Of a stretch of 64,000 nt of DNA, positions 11,201 through 18,045 are shown piece after piece. This stretch comes from an uncultured Acidobacteriota bacterium (GTDB taxonomy: Bacteria > Acidobacteriota > Thermoanaerobaculia > Gp7-AA8), in NCBI GenBank assembly GCA_963741955.1, contig CAVUKB010000007.1:192001-256000 (forward strand). Direction: 5' to 3'. The stretch's first letter is position 1. Each line of letters starts with the position of its first letter. The notes beneath the pieces were generated by a model that worked only from the letters and a program-made list of their open reading frames with translations, searched no databases and was not told where the DNA came from. A program made the position numbers and the translations under genes.

Positions 11201-11318
11201 CGTGCCGGCCGCGACGCACTCTGCGACTGGTGTCCCGACTCTCTCGCTGACCGGAGAGATTCTCGCGGCGTTACTCCTCGCACTCGCCGCGATCGTGGTG
11301 CAGAGGCGCAGCGCTTAG
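2244..11318 (+). CDS. Giant secreted/surface protein with many DUF11 (Ig-like) repeats and an IPTL-CTERM-like C-terminal sorting signal
   Basis: 3024 aa, GTG start after GGAGG, N-terminal signal peptide. Recurrent ADLSLTKTVD...VTFTITVTNGGPD.ATNV.V.D.LP.GLTFVS units. Ends VPTLSLTGEILAALLLALAAIVVQRRSA (xPTL + TM + basic residues). Confidence 0.88.
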   Translation: MKIDRQARRRLFVSTALLFLVSVPLVMADGFPPYWDNSTGAVHYAPIAWPADAQWVPYTSLATDIDDPRVNDPSNGGTSPQNYVNASSGCTDETLPSIYWFYDPVNKVIFFRWRVEQRANTYATGPSAGSFSASDPWNSAQWTVMFDVNGDGYRDFAVHLDGSSGGPGKEVDRLVSVWSDELTQSIDYYGDPDIHQLFHNPTAFVDKATSEILNFQNSVTPVASWPNGSAETVWDYGTTRATKIPAGCTEFFIDYQIPLAMLDATAVGGPKLTENTPFSFIFATANSLQNPFQKDVVVNGNFVCDITNPAPFGDSMTLTGGIVQQPTVLSVTASGCPANLTARVQDAILSNNCVGSSTVTNVDFFAYPDTNADGQPDDAGSWSLIASGTPSTTVVGLWSATWNSLTAEQGQYLIGVRATDNQGNSTFSYYTQAEVNADVGTTPPNYPNLTPTPGLLWATIYNSCGVPPPSASKAASPSTVTAGSTVTFTVTVTNPTSSAITLSSIDDALPSGFTYAATTGGSLTPTGSPAGGSSGTIQWTFSPSATIAAGSSGTLTFTAQAPATTGTYANTATASTSAGSLPTPPATVVVGAPRLSIAKSASANLVAPGATVTYTLTYSNDSPVNATGAEITDTLPAELTFVSSPTGSYDAPSRTITWNVGDLGAGEGPFTVQFTATVASPYPAASSIQLANTATIDSNETAPSSAISTILVDAPRPAFTIQKSASAPLVSPGSNATFTINYQNTGNSTATNVAITDAVPAGFTFVSATGGGTLAGSTVTWNLGSIAAGASGSVTVTVAASSPFTGTDPTVNTATLTSAETSPVSDSYTIGIIATTCSSNTTWNFHATTTDVGTGGTQKIANTTAPTAATASIAGPFTVGSASVEIARFYGDPVSTGVSVSGTATVSVYIDKSGSPQANVTAFLYDYDPAGGALVLLGSGTSAAITGNRTNQLNTISVPVSGALPTGHRFLFIISATTNHVSQTNDISLEFDGTSSPSSFVFCQLPLLPVLDKQVSALSAQAGDTLTYSIHFGNAGAGNLTGATVVDTLPAGVTFVSATLNGSGVSPTAISGQQYTFAVNTSDTATAGQLTSAQNGSLVITATVDSPLAPAVLSLVNNVSLTSTGPTRTDSTTTAVVRPNVTISKSASATQLEPGSTMSYTLTLLNSGSGSASNVTVTDALPTTAYFTYVSATPSSGSCSEAAGTVTCTIPALAAKATATVTINMQVAASGVPDGVTYLDNSATVSDAATAGTRGSNTVTVAIATYPVLEITKSASVPSPLGPGDQITYTIDLSNTGSGAATSVVVDDSIPTNTSYVPGSLTFDSASQTDIADGDSAWFDGTAVHFSVASLAGGAAHALTFKVTVDSPLPNGSTVIGNTATVSAANAAPKSASTSSTATAAESLSLSKSAPSVLADPLATVTSVTSPTVLDVDSTTNLGVNQVIAINGTAATITAISGTQLTLGSAVTAAAGDTLVPTFEYTIQYANSGDATAQNVTVTDPLPSGLLYVSSSPAPSAAPAIGANGTVSWNIGDVPPGSAAVLHIRVQPSATGSYTNTATLSSTTTPSVIATATTTVGSLEPSKEALIASVTNSGSGATTQYRITITNQLPTTVSGVTVTDTLSSGFTYASTDATGGTASRTSTSDPTAGSVQPVWGTWDIPGNGTLTIDFTANVDASVGAGTYQNDVSATAPGAPSLSFDFLGTTADDVTVSLNALTADLSLTKTVDNASPNVADNVTFTITLTNGGPDDATNVAVKDQLPAGLTFVSSTPSTGSYSNATGIWTVGTVANGAAPTLQVVAAVTTAGAKMNTAEVSASDQADPDSTPNNGSAAEDDQSSVTVTPQIADLSLTKTVDNAAPNVGNDVTFTITVTNGGPDAATNVAVKDLLPAGLTFASATPSMGSYSNATGIWTVGTIANGAAPTLQVVAAVTTAGAKMNTAEVSASDQADPDSTPNNGSAAEDDQSSVTVTPQIADLSLTKTVDNAAPNVGNDVTFTITVTNGGPDAATNVAVKDLLPAGLTFVSATPSMGSYDSGSGIWTVGTVANATSATLQMVATVTTAGAKMNTAEVSASDQADPDSTPNNGSAAEDDQSSVTVTPQIADLSLTKTVDNAAPNVGNDVTFTITVTNGGADTATNVSVKDLLPAGLTFVSSTPSTGTYNDATGIWTIGTIANATSASLQIVATVVSPSAISNTAEVWTSDQFDGDSTPGNSVAGEDDQQSVSLNPNSADLSVTNVVDNTAPNVGQNVTFTVTLTNGGPDDATNVALKGLLPAGLTFVSATPSLGTYDSGTGIWTVGTVTNGAAPTLQIVATVTTSGTKTTTAEVVAADQADPDSTPNNGVAAEDDQASVSVTPQVADLSLTKTVDNAAPNVGNDVTFTITVTNGGPDDATNVAVKDLLPAGLTFVSATPSTGSYNSATGIWTVGTVANGAAPTLQIVATIGSAGAISNTAEVWTSDQFDGDSTPGNSQVGEDDQATVSLNALTADLSLTKTVDDASPNFGQDVVFTVTLANAGPDAATNVAVKDLLPAGLTFVSSTPSVGSYDNVTGIWTVASLASGGSATLAIRATVSVGGAITNTAEVVASDQLDPDSTPNNGNAAEDDQASIAVASATADLELVKSIDNASPAIGTNVTFTLTLMNHGPDGATGVAAKDLLAAGLSFVSSSASQGSYDSMTGIWTIGAVGNGGTATLQIVAQVTAGGSQSNSAEVYTSDQFDPNSTPNNGNGSENDESAVTFGGTSVFDLAVTKSASSATVAAGATVTFTITVSNGGPSAAGGVTVQDVLPAGLSFVSATPSAGSWGSGTWSVGTLNASQSETLSLVAQVDAGQEGNTIQNCATSTLADSNAANNTACASIAVPAVVPPGTVDLAVTKSVDTSTAPEGSVVHFTVTVTNTSTTDATNVAIDDVLPAGLTVGGSSASAGAWNPATGVWTIPALPAGTNAALQVIAQVETGTAGTSIQNCASLAASTPADGNAANDTSCVSVAVPAATHSATGVPTLSLTGEILAALLLALAAIVVQRRSA
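7395..10466 (+). repeat. Eight intragenic tandem 384-bp (128-aa) repeats
   Basis: ADL(S/E) unit starts at 7395, 7779, 8163, 8547, 8931, 9315, 9699 and 10083, an exact 384-nt period. The first three units are near-identical at DNA level. Confidence 0.9.
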
Positions 11319-11327
11319 CCCGGCCCC

Positions 11328-11411
11328 AGTGGGTCGCGCCTCAGTGGGTCGCGCCTCTGGCGCGAGGCTCCCCGGCGTCCTCGCCGGGGAGCGCCGGGGA
11401 GCGCCGGGGAG
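11328..11411. repeat. REP-like palindrome AGTGGG-TCGCGCC-TCT-GGCGCGA (partly duplicated) followed by three CCGGGGAGCG tandem copies
   Basis: Hairpin TCGCGCC/GGCGCGA just after the giant gene's stop. A second copy is at 22394-22416. Confidence 0.55.
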
Positions 11412-11562
11412 CGATGAGTGCCTCGAAGCGCAGAGCTTCCGTCCGGCGAGAGTTGCGGTTCACGACTCGCGCAGGATTGCAGGATCATACGGCCATGCTC
11501 GACGCAGAGCGGCGCGGGACGCCACTCTGCATCGTTCGGGACGAACGACCCACCAGCACACC

Positions 11563-12033
11563 CTACCGCGCACGCTCCTCGCGCGACGCATCCTTCGTGA
11601 CACCGATGCGGTCCGTGATGTCGCGGGCGTTGCGAAGGTGGCTCTCCAGAATCGGGAGCGTCTTCTCGACGAAGTTCTTCAGGTCGCTGTCTTCGACGTT
11701 CTCTTTCTCCGTGCGGAACTCGTCGACGACCTTCCGGTGATCTTCCAGCATTGCGTCCATGTACTGACGGTCGAAGTTCCGGCCGTCGGCGTTCTGGAGC
11801 TTGTCTCGCACTTCCTGATGTTTTCGGTGGAGATCTTTCGGAAGCGAAACGCCCTTGTCCGAGGCGAGCTTCTCGAGCTCGGCATTGTTCCTGGTGTGGT
11901 CGTCGATCATCCGGCGCGCGAAATCCTTCACATCGGGATTCGACGCACGTTCGATCGCGAGATTCGACAGGATCACCTCGGCCTTGCCGGCCTCTCCTGC
12001 TTTCATCATGAAATCGCGGTCACGCTGATCCAT
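11563..12033 (-). CDS. DUF4142 domain protein (ferritin-like)
   Basis: ATG at 12033 with GGAGG RBS. MDQRDRDFMMKA...LAIERASNPDVKDFARRMIDDH...FDRQYMDAMLEDH...LPILESHL is typical of DUF4142. The ORF-track upstream extension is unlikely to be translated. Confidence 0.85.
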   Translation of the reverse strand: MDQRDRDFMMKAGEAGKAEVILSNLAIERASNPDVKDFARRMIDDHTRNNAELEKLASDKGVSLPKDLHRKHQEVRDKLQNADGRNFDRQYMDAMLEDHRKVVDEFRTEKENVEDSDLKNFVEKTLPILESHLRNARDITDRIGVTKDASREERAR

Positions 12034-12195
12034 GTCATAGCCTCCGTGGTTTGATTTTGCCGTCACCCGGAGGAGCACGGTACGGCTGTGCGAAAGCTCT
12101 CTTTCCGGGGAATCCGGCAGTGTATGGAGTTGCCACAATCGCGCCAGGGGGCGAGCGGCCTCGAACATGCAAAACAGCCCGGCGAGGTCATACGT

Positions 12196-13554
12196 TTGAA
12201 CTGGAAGACCCGTGTCAGAGCCTGGATCGAGAAGCTCCGCGCGAGCCTCTGGCTCATCCCGTCGCTCATGACCGCGGCCGCGGTCGCCAGCTCGTTCCTG
12301 GCCGTCGCCGCTGACCGTCACGTCGCGGAGAAGTTCGAGCACGTGCTCGGCCCTCTCTTCGCCGGCGGCCCCGAAGGGGCGCGATCGATTCTCTCCACCC
12401 TCGCAGGATCGATGATCACCGTGACCGGGGTGACCTTTTCGATCACCGTGGTGGCACTCTCACTCGCGTCGCAGCAGTTCGGTCCGCGTGTCCTGCGCAA
12501 CTTCATGGTCGACCGCGGCAACCAGGCCGTGCTGGGAACGTTCATCGCCACGTTCATTTACTCCCTTCTGGTGTTGCGGACGGTCCGCGGTTACAACGAC
12601 CACGACTTCGTTCCCTATCTCGCAGTCACCATCGGAGTCGGGCTCGCTCTGGTCAGTCTCGGTGTGTTGATCTTCTTCATCCATCACGTCTCCGCATCGA
12701 TCCAGGCCGACCGGGTCGTCGCAGCGATCGCGGCCGAGATGATCGATTCCATCGAGCGGCTCTTTCCCGAAGGTATCGGACACGCCCCGGAGGACGCCTC
12801 CGAGATCGAATCGCATCTGCCGGACGGCGAACCGGGCCGGGTCAAGTGCCGGAACAGCGGCTATATTCAGGTGCTCGACGAGGACTCGGTCCTCCATCTC
12901 GCCGAACGATGCGAGTGCCTCATTCAGCTGATTCACAGTCCCGGCGACTTCGTGTTCGAAGGGGTGACTCTCGCACGGGTCTGGCCCGCGGATCGGATGA
13001 ACGAAGGCTTCGAAGAACATGTGAACCGCGCCATCGTGTTGGGGCGGAGCCGGACGCCCGCCCAGGACGTCGAATTCGCGTTCGCACAGCTGGTCGAGCT
13101 CGCGGTTCGTTCTCTTTCTCCCGCCATCAACGATCCCTTCACCGCCTCATCGTGCATCAACCGGATCGGAGCAGGGATCGCCCGTCTCGCCACGCTGGAG
13201 TTCCCCTCGCCGTATCGGTACGGGGCGGATGGAAAGCCTCGCGTAATTGCGACCGCACCGAGTTTTGCAGAGATCTCGAGTGTCGCGTTCGATCAGATCC
13301 GTCACGAAGGAGGGCACAAGCCGAGCATCGCAATCTCTCTGCTGCAGGCGATCGCCTCGATTCTGCCGTTCGCCACCGAGCCGGAACGTCGCGACGTACT
13401 CTTCCACCACGCGAGAATGATCCGGCAGCACGCTGTACACTCGATCCCCGAGGCGGAGGATCGCTCGGTCGTCGACCGCGTCTTCAATCAGGTTCTCGAC
13501 GCGTATCATCATCGGGAGGTCGAGACGCGGATGAAGCAGGAGATTCTCCGCTGA
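12196..13554 (+). CDS. DUF2254 family membrane protein
   Basis: SLWLIP, ARSILSTLAGSMITV, ASQQFGPRVLRNF and RSLSPAINDPFTA motifs. Probable TTG start at 12196 after GAGG (ORF track opens at 12088). Confidence 0.85.
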   Translation: MNWKTRVRAWIEKLRASLWLIPSLMTAAAVASSFLAVAADRHVAEKFEHVLGPLFAGGPEGARSILSTLAGSMITVTGVTFSITVVALSLASQQFGPRVLRNFMVDRGNQAVLGTFIATFIYSLLVLRTVRGYNDHDFVPYLAVTIGVGLALVSLGVLIFFIHHVSASIQADRVVAAIAAEMIDSIERLFPEGIGHAPEDASEIESHLPDGEPGRVKCRNSGYIQVLDEDSVLHLAERCECLIQLIHSPGDFVFEGVTLARVWPADRMNEGFEEHVNRAIVLGRSRTPAQDVEFAFAQLVELAVRSLSPAINDPFTASSCINRIGAGIARLATLEFPSPYRYGADGKPRVIATAPSFAEISSVAFDQIRHEGGHKPSIAISLLQAIASILPFATEPERRDVLFHHARMIRQHAVHSIPEAEDRSVVDRVFNQVLDAYHHREVETRMKQEILR

Positions 13555-13611
13555 CTTCGTTCGTCTCCAGGTGTGAGCTCCCGCACCGAACGCGAAATGT
13601 GAGGTGATCCG

Positions 13612-14151
13612 GTGCAGCAGGTGCAGGTCGCGCTGATACGAGGAATCAACGTCGGAAAGGCGAAGCGCATCGCCATGGCGGAGCTCCGCGCCCTCTTCGA
13701 GTCGCTCGGATTCCGCGACGTACGGACTCTCCTGAACAGCGGGAACGTGGTGTACCGCTCCGGAGAGCCGGCATCGAAGGCTGCCGCCCGCATCGAAACG
13801 GCGCTCTCGGAGCGTATCGGCAGCCGGACTCGTGCGGTGATCCTCACCGCGCGGGAGCTCGGGACGGTGGTCTCGGAGAACTCCCTGGTGGAGATCGGGG
13901 CGAATCATTCCCGTCTCCTCGTCGCCGTCCCGTCGAAGAAGAGCCTGATCAAAGACCTGACCCCGCTTGCGGCGCGCGATTGGACTCCCGAAGCGATCGC
14001 CCTCGGCTCCCGCGCGGCCTATCTCTGGTGTCCCGGCGGCATCATCGACAGCAGCGTCGGCACGGCGATGAATCGCGCGCTCGGCGATGCAGTGACCGCC
14101 AGAAACTGGGCGACCATTCTGAAACTCCAGGCGCTCACCGAAGATCGATGA
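13612..14151 (+). CDS. DUF1697 family protein
   Basis: ALIRGINVG...MAELRALFESLGFRDVRTLLNSGNVV...TARNWATILKL. Confidence 0.88.
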   Translation: MQQVQVALIRGINVGKAKRIAMAELRALFESLGFRDVRTLLNSGNVVYRSGEPASKAAARIETALSERIGSRTRAVILTARELGTVVSENSLVEIGANHSRLLVAVPSKKSLIKDLTPLAARDWTPEAIALGSRAAYLWCPGGIIDSSVGTAMNRALGDAVTARNWATILKLQALTEDR

Positions 14152-14287
14152 TCGGGTATCATTCTTCGCGACAATCCGATTGCGATGGAGGGCCTCCCGA
14201 TGAGCCGCTCCCCGCGCCGCTGACGCTCCGCGAAACCTGGTATCCGTCAGCGGCGAGCGACGAGCGGTGAGCGTGTGTTTCAGCCGT

Positions 14288-14309
14288 GGAGTGCGGATTC
14301 GCAATCCGC
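14288..14309 (+). repeat. Solo REP-like hairpin GGAGTGCGGATTCGCAATCCGC
   Basis: GGAG tetranucleotide plus GCGGATT/AATCCGC stem. Relatives at 16586-16607 (+), 32833-32854 (-), 35701-35722 (-) and 35724-35746 (-). Confidence 0.6.
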
Positions 14310-14479
14310 TGCGCTGATCGTGCCGAGGGCGCGAGTCCTGCCTCACCCGCATTCTCGGCAGAAGCGGAGCCGCTCCCCGCACCGCTCCCCGGCGGGCGAC
14401 GCGCCTGCCGCCTGGACGCGTTATGATGCTCCTCACCCGCGCCATCCCGGCGCGGAGAGAGGACCCCGGAGGAATGCAC

Positions 14480-16531
14480 ATGCGCTCTCGCTTCATCCTG
14501 GTCTCCCTGCTGGTCGCCGCGACGTCTGTCGGCGCCGCGATCGCAGCGACGACCCATCCTTTCAATGTCCACGATCTGGTGATGATGGACCGGATCTCAT
14601 CTCCCCAGATCTCCCCCGACGGAGCGAAGGTCGTCTTCGTCGTCCGGAAGACCGATCTCGCCGCGAACCGCGGACGCACCGATCTCTGGCTGATGAACTC
14701 GGATGGCTCGGGACTGACCCAGCTCACCACGAATCCGGCCGGCGATTCGAGCCCGGTCTGGGCACCCGACGGCCGCACGATCTACTTTCTCTCCACCCGC
14801 TCCGGCAGCTCGCAGATCTGGAAGATCGAATCGAACGGCGGCGAAGCACGCCAGGTGACGACGCTTCCGCTCGACGTCGCGAATCTCCTCGTCTCGCCGG
14901 ACGGATCGAAGCTCGCCTTCAGCATGGACGTCTTCCCCGGCACGTCGGTCGACGAGACCGCGAAGCGCCTGAAGGGAGAGGAAGAATCTCCTGCCACCGG
15001 ACGCATCTACGATTCGCTGATGGTCCGTCACTGGGATACCTGGGAAGACCATCGCCGCTCGCACGTCTTCGTCATGCCGGCGGCCGGAGGAGCTCCGGTC
15101 GACGTGATGAAGGCGATGGACGCTGATTCTCCCTCCCAGCCGTTCGGCGGCCCCGAGGAGATCACGTTCACTCCCGATTCGAAGTCGATCGTCTTCACCG
15201 CGAAGAACGTGGGGCGCGAAGAGGCGTGGTCGACGAACTACGACCTTTACGTCGTACCCGCCGACGCGAGCGCCGCACCGAAGAACCTCACCGACGCGAA
15301 CGACGCGTGGGATACCACTCCGGTGTTCTCCCCCGACGGAAAGACGCTTGCGTATCTCGCGATGGAGCGGCCGGGATTCGAAGCCGACCGCTACCGGATC
15401 CGTCTGATGTCGTGGCCCGCCGGAACGACGAAGACGCTGACCGAAGCGTGGGATCGATCACCCGACTCTTTTCTCTTCGACCCCGACGGGAAGACGATCT
15501 ACGCCACCGCAGAGAACCTCGGCAACCACTCGCTCTTCGCCATCGATGCAAAGACAGGCACCGCGCGTACCCTCGTGAGCCAGGGGACCGTGCACTCGCC
15601 CGGAGTCGCCGGGAACGGGAAGAACGAGCGGATCGTCTTCGGAATGGACAATCTCCGCTCGCCGGTGCAGCTCTACTCGGTGCGGACGGACGGCTCCGAC
15701 CAGAAACGGCTGACGGACTTCAACGCGGATCGTCTCGCATCGATCGCTTTCGGCGATCCGGAGCAGATGACCTTCAAGGGATGGAACGACGACACGGTGT
15801 ACGCGTGGGTGGTCAAGCCCGCCAACTTCGATCCGTCGAAGAAGTATCCGGTGGCGTTCCTCATCCACGGCGGACCGCAGGGGTCGTTCCAGAACGACTT
15901 TCACTACCGCTGGAACCCGCAGATCGAAGCGGGTGACGGCTACGCCGCAGTGATGGTCGACTTCCACGGATCGACCGGATACGGACAGGCGTTCACGGAT
16001 GCCATCAGTGGCCACTGGGGCGACCGGCCGCTCGAGGACCTGCAGAAGGGGCTCGCCGCGGCGATCGCGAAGTACCCCTGGATGGACGGCGATCGAGTGG
16101 CGGCACTCGGCGCGTCGTACGGCGGCTTCATGATCAACTGGATCGAAGGGGCGTGGCCGGACCGCTTCCGCGCACTGGTCAGTCACGACGGCGTCTTCGA
16201 CCAGCGGATGATGTACTACGCGACGGAAGAGCTCTGGTTCCCGGCGTGGGAGCAGGAAGGACTTCCGTGGGTCGTTCCGCAGAACTACGAGAAGTTCAAT
16301 CCGGTGAATCTGGTCGACAAGTGGAAGACGCCGATGCTGGTCGTACACAGCGCGAACGACTTCCGCATTCCGGAGTCCCAGGGATTGGGCGTCTTCACCG
16401 CGCTGCAGCGGCGCGGCATTCCGTCGAAGCTGCTCTACTTCCCCGACGAGAGCCACTTCGTGCTCAAGCCGGCAAACAGCATCCTCTGGCACGACACGGT
16501 GCTGGCGTGGATCGACAAGTGGACGAAGTAG
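14480..16531 (+). CDS. S9 family peptidase (dipeptidyl-peptidase-5 / acylaminoacyl-peptidase-like), secreted
   Basis: Signal peptide, PD40/beta-propeller repeats (SPDG), IHGGPQG, nucleophile GASYGG, NDFRIP (Asp), DESH (His). RBS GGAGG 7 nt before ATG 14480. Confidence 0.92.
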   Translation: MRSRFILVSLLVAATSVGAAIAATTHPFNVHDLVMMDRISSPQISPDGAKVVFVVRKTDLAANRGRTDLWLMNSDGSGLTQLTTNPAGDSSPVWAPDGRTIYFLSTRSGSSQIWKIESNGGEARQVTTLPLDVANLLVSPDGSKLAFSMDVFPGTSVDETAKRLKGEEESPATGRIYDSLMVRHWDTWEDHRRSHVFVMPAAGGAPVDVMKAMDADSPSQPFGGPEEITFTPDSKSIVFTAKNVGREEAWSTNYDLYVVPADASAAPKNLTDANDAWDTTPVFSPDGKTLAYLAMERPGFEADRYRIRLMSWPAGTTKTLTEAWDRSPDSFLFDPDGKTIYATAENLGNHSLFAIDAKTGTARTLVSQGTVHSPGVAGNGKNERIVFGMDNLRSPVQLYSVRTDGSDQKRLTDFNADRLASIAFGDPEQMTFKGWNDDTVYAWVVKPANFDPSKKYPVAFLIHGGPQGSFQNDFHYRWNPQIEAGDGYAAVMVDFHGSTGYGQAFTDAISGHWGDRPLEDLQKGLAAAIAKYPWMDGDRVAALGASYGGFMINWIEGAWPDRFRALVSHDGVFDQRMMYYATEELWFPAWEQEGLPWVVPQNYEKFNPVNLVDKWKTPMLVVHSANDFRIPESQGLGVFTALQRRGIPSKLLYFPDESHFVLKPANSILWHDTVLAWIDKWTK

Positions 16532-16658
16532 GTTGTGAGTTTTGAGTACGTCCGCACTCCTCGGCGGGATCGTGGTTCTCCCCGAGGAGTGCGGACTCGC
16601 AGTCCGCTGCGCAGCCCCTGGCGCGTGCGCGACCGCAGCCTGACCCGCCGCTTTGGCA

Positions 16659-17990
16659 GAGGGGTGCGGATCCTCCGATCCGCCGCGAAGATCGTGGTCT
16701 ACGCGATGAAGACGGAGCCTGTGGCCACCGCGGAGCGTCCGTAATTCAGTCACCCAGCTCCGCTTCTGCCGAAGCCGCGGGTGATGCTGTGGTCGCGGCC
16801 CTCGCCACAATCCGCGCGGCGGATCAGAGGATCCGCGCCCCTCGGCGGCAATCGCAGTCCTCGGCGGGAATCGCGCCCTCGGCGGCAATCGCTGCTCACC
16901 GCTCACCGCTCGTCGCTCGTCGCTCGTCCCCGAGCCCCGAGCCTCGAGTCTCGCGTCTCGCGTCCCCGAGGGGTGCGGATCCTCCGATCCGCCGCGAAGA
17001 TCGCGTTATGCGCGATGAAGGCGAAGCCTGTGGCTACCGCGGAGCGTCCGTAATTCAGTCACCCAGCTCCGCTTCTGCCGAAGCCGCGGGTGATGCTGCT
17101 GTCGCGGCCCTCGCCACAATCCGCGCGGCGGATCGGAGGATCCGCGCCCCTCGGCGGCAATCGCGGTCCTCGGCGGTAATCGCACTCCTCGGCGGCAATC
17201 CATTCTCGCCGCTCGTCGCTCGCCGCTCGTCGCTCGTCGCTCGCCGCTCGCCTCGAGCCTCGAGCCTCGAGCCTCGAGTCTCGCGTCTCGCGTCTCGCGT
17301 CCCCGAGGGGTGCGGATCCTCCGATCCGCCGCGAAGATCGTGGTCTACGCGATGAAGACAAAGCCTGTGGCCACCGCGGAGCGTCCGTAATTCAGTCACC
17401 CAGCTCCGCTTCTGCCGAAGCCGCGGGTGATGCTGTGGTCGCGGCCCTCGCCACAATCCGCGCGGCGGATCAGAGGATCCGCGCCCCTCGGCGGCAACGC
17501 ACGCTCACCGCTCACCGCTCGTCCCCGAGCCTCGAGTCTCGCGTCTCGCGTCTCGCGTCCCCGAGGGGTGCGGATCCTCCGATCCGCCGCGAAGATCGCG
17601 TTATGCGCGATGAAGACGGAGCCTGTGGCTACCGCGGAGCGTCCGTAATTCAGTCACCCAGCTCCGCTTCTGCCGAAGCCGCGGGTGATGCTGCTGTCGC
17701 GCCCTCGCCGAAATCCACGCGGCGGATCAGAGGATCCGCGCCCCTCGGCGGGAATCGCACGCTCGCCGCTCGCCGCTCGCCACTCGCCTAGAGCCTCGAG
17801 CCTCGAGCCTCGCGTCTCGCGTCCCCGAGGGGTGCGGATCCTCCGATCCGCCGCGAAGATCGTGTTCTACGCGATGAAGACGGAGCCTGTGGCTACCGCG
17901 GAGCGTCCGTAATTCAGTCACCCAGCTCCGCTTCTGCCGAGGTCGCGGGTGATGCTGCTGTCGCGATCTCGCGGCAATCGCGCCCCTCGG
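16659..17990 (+). repeat. Tandem array 1 of 185-bp palindromic REP-doublet (REPIN-like) units, 4 complete + 1 truncated
   Basis: Units at 16659-16843, 16968-17152, 17305-17489, 17563-17746 and 17827-~17990. Each is bounded by 29-bp inverted arms GAGGGGTGCGGATCCTCCGATCCGCCGCG / CGCGGCGGATCAGAGGATCCGCGCCCCTC. Spacers are variable heptamer microsatellites. Confidence 0.9.
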
Positions 17991-18045
17991 CGGGAATCGC
18001 ACTCACCACTCGTCGCTCGCCGCTCGTCCCCGAGCCTCGCTCCCC

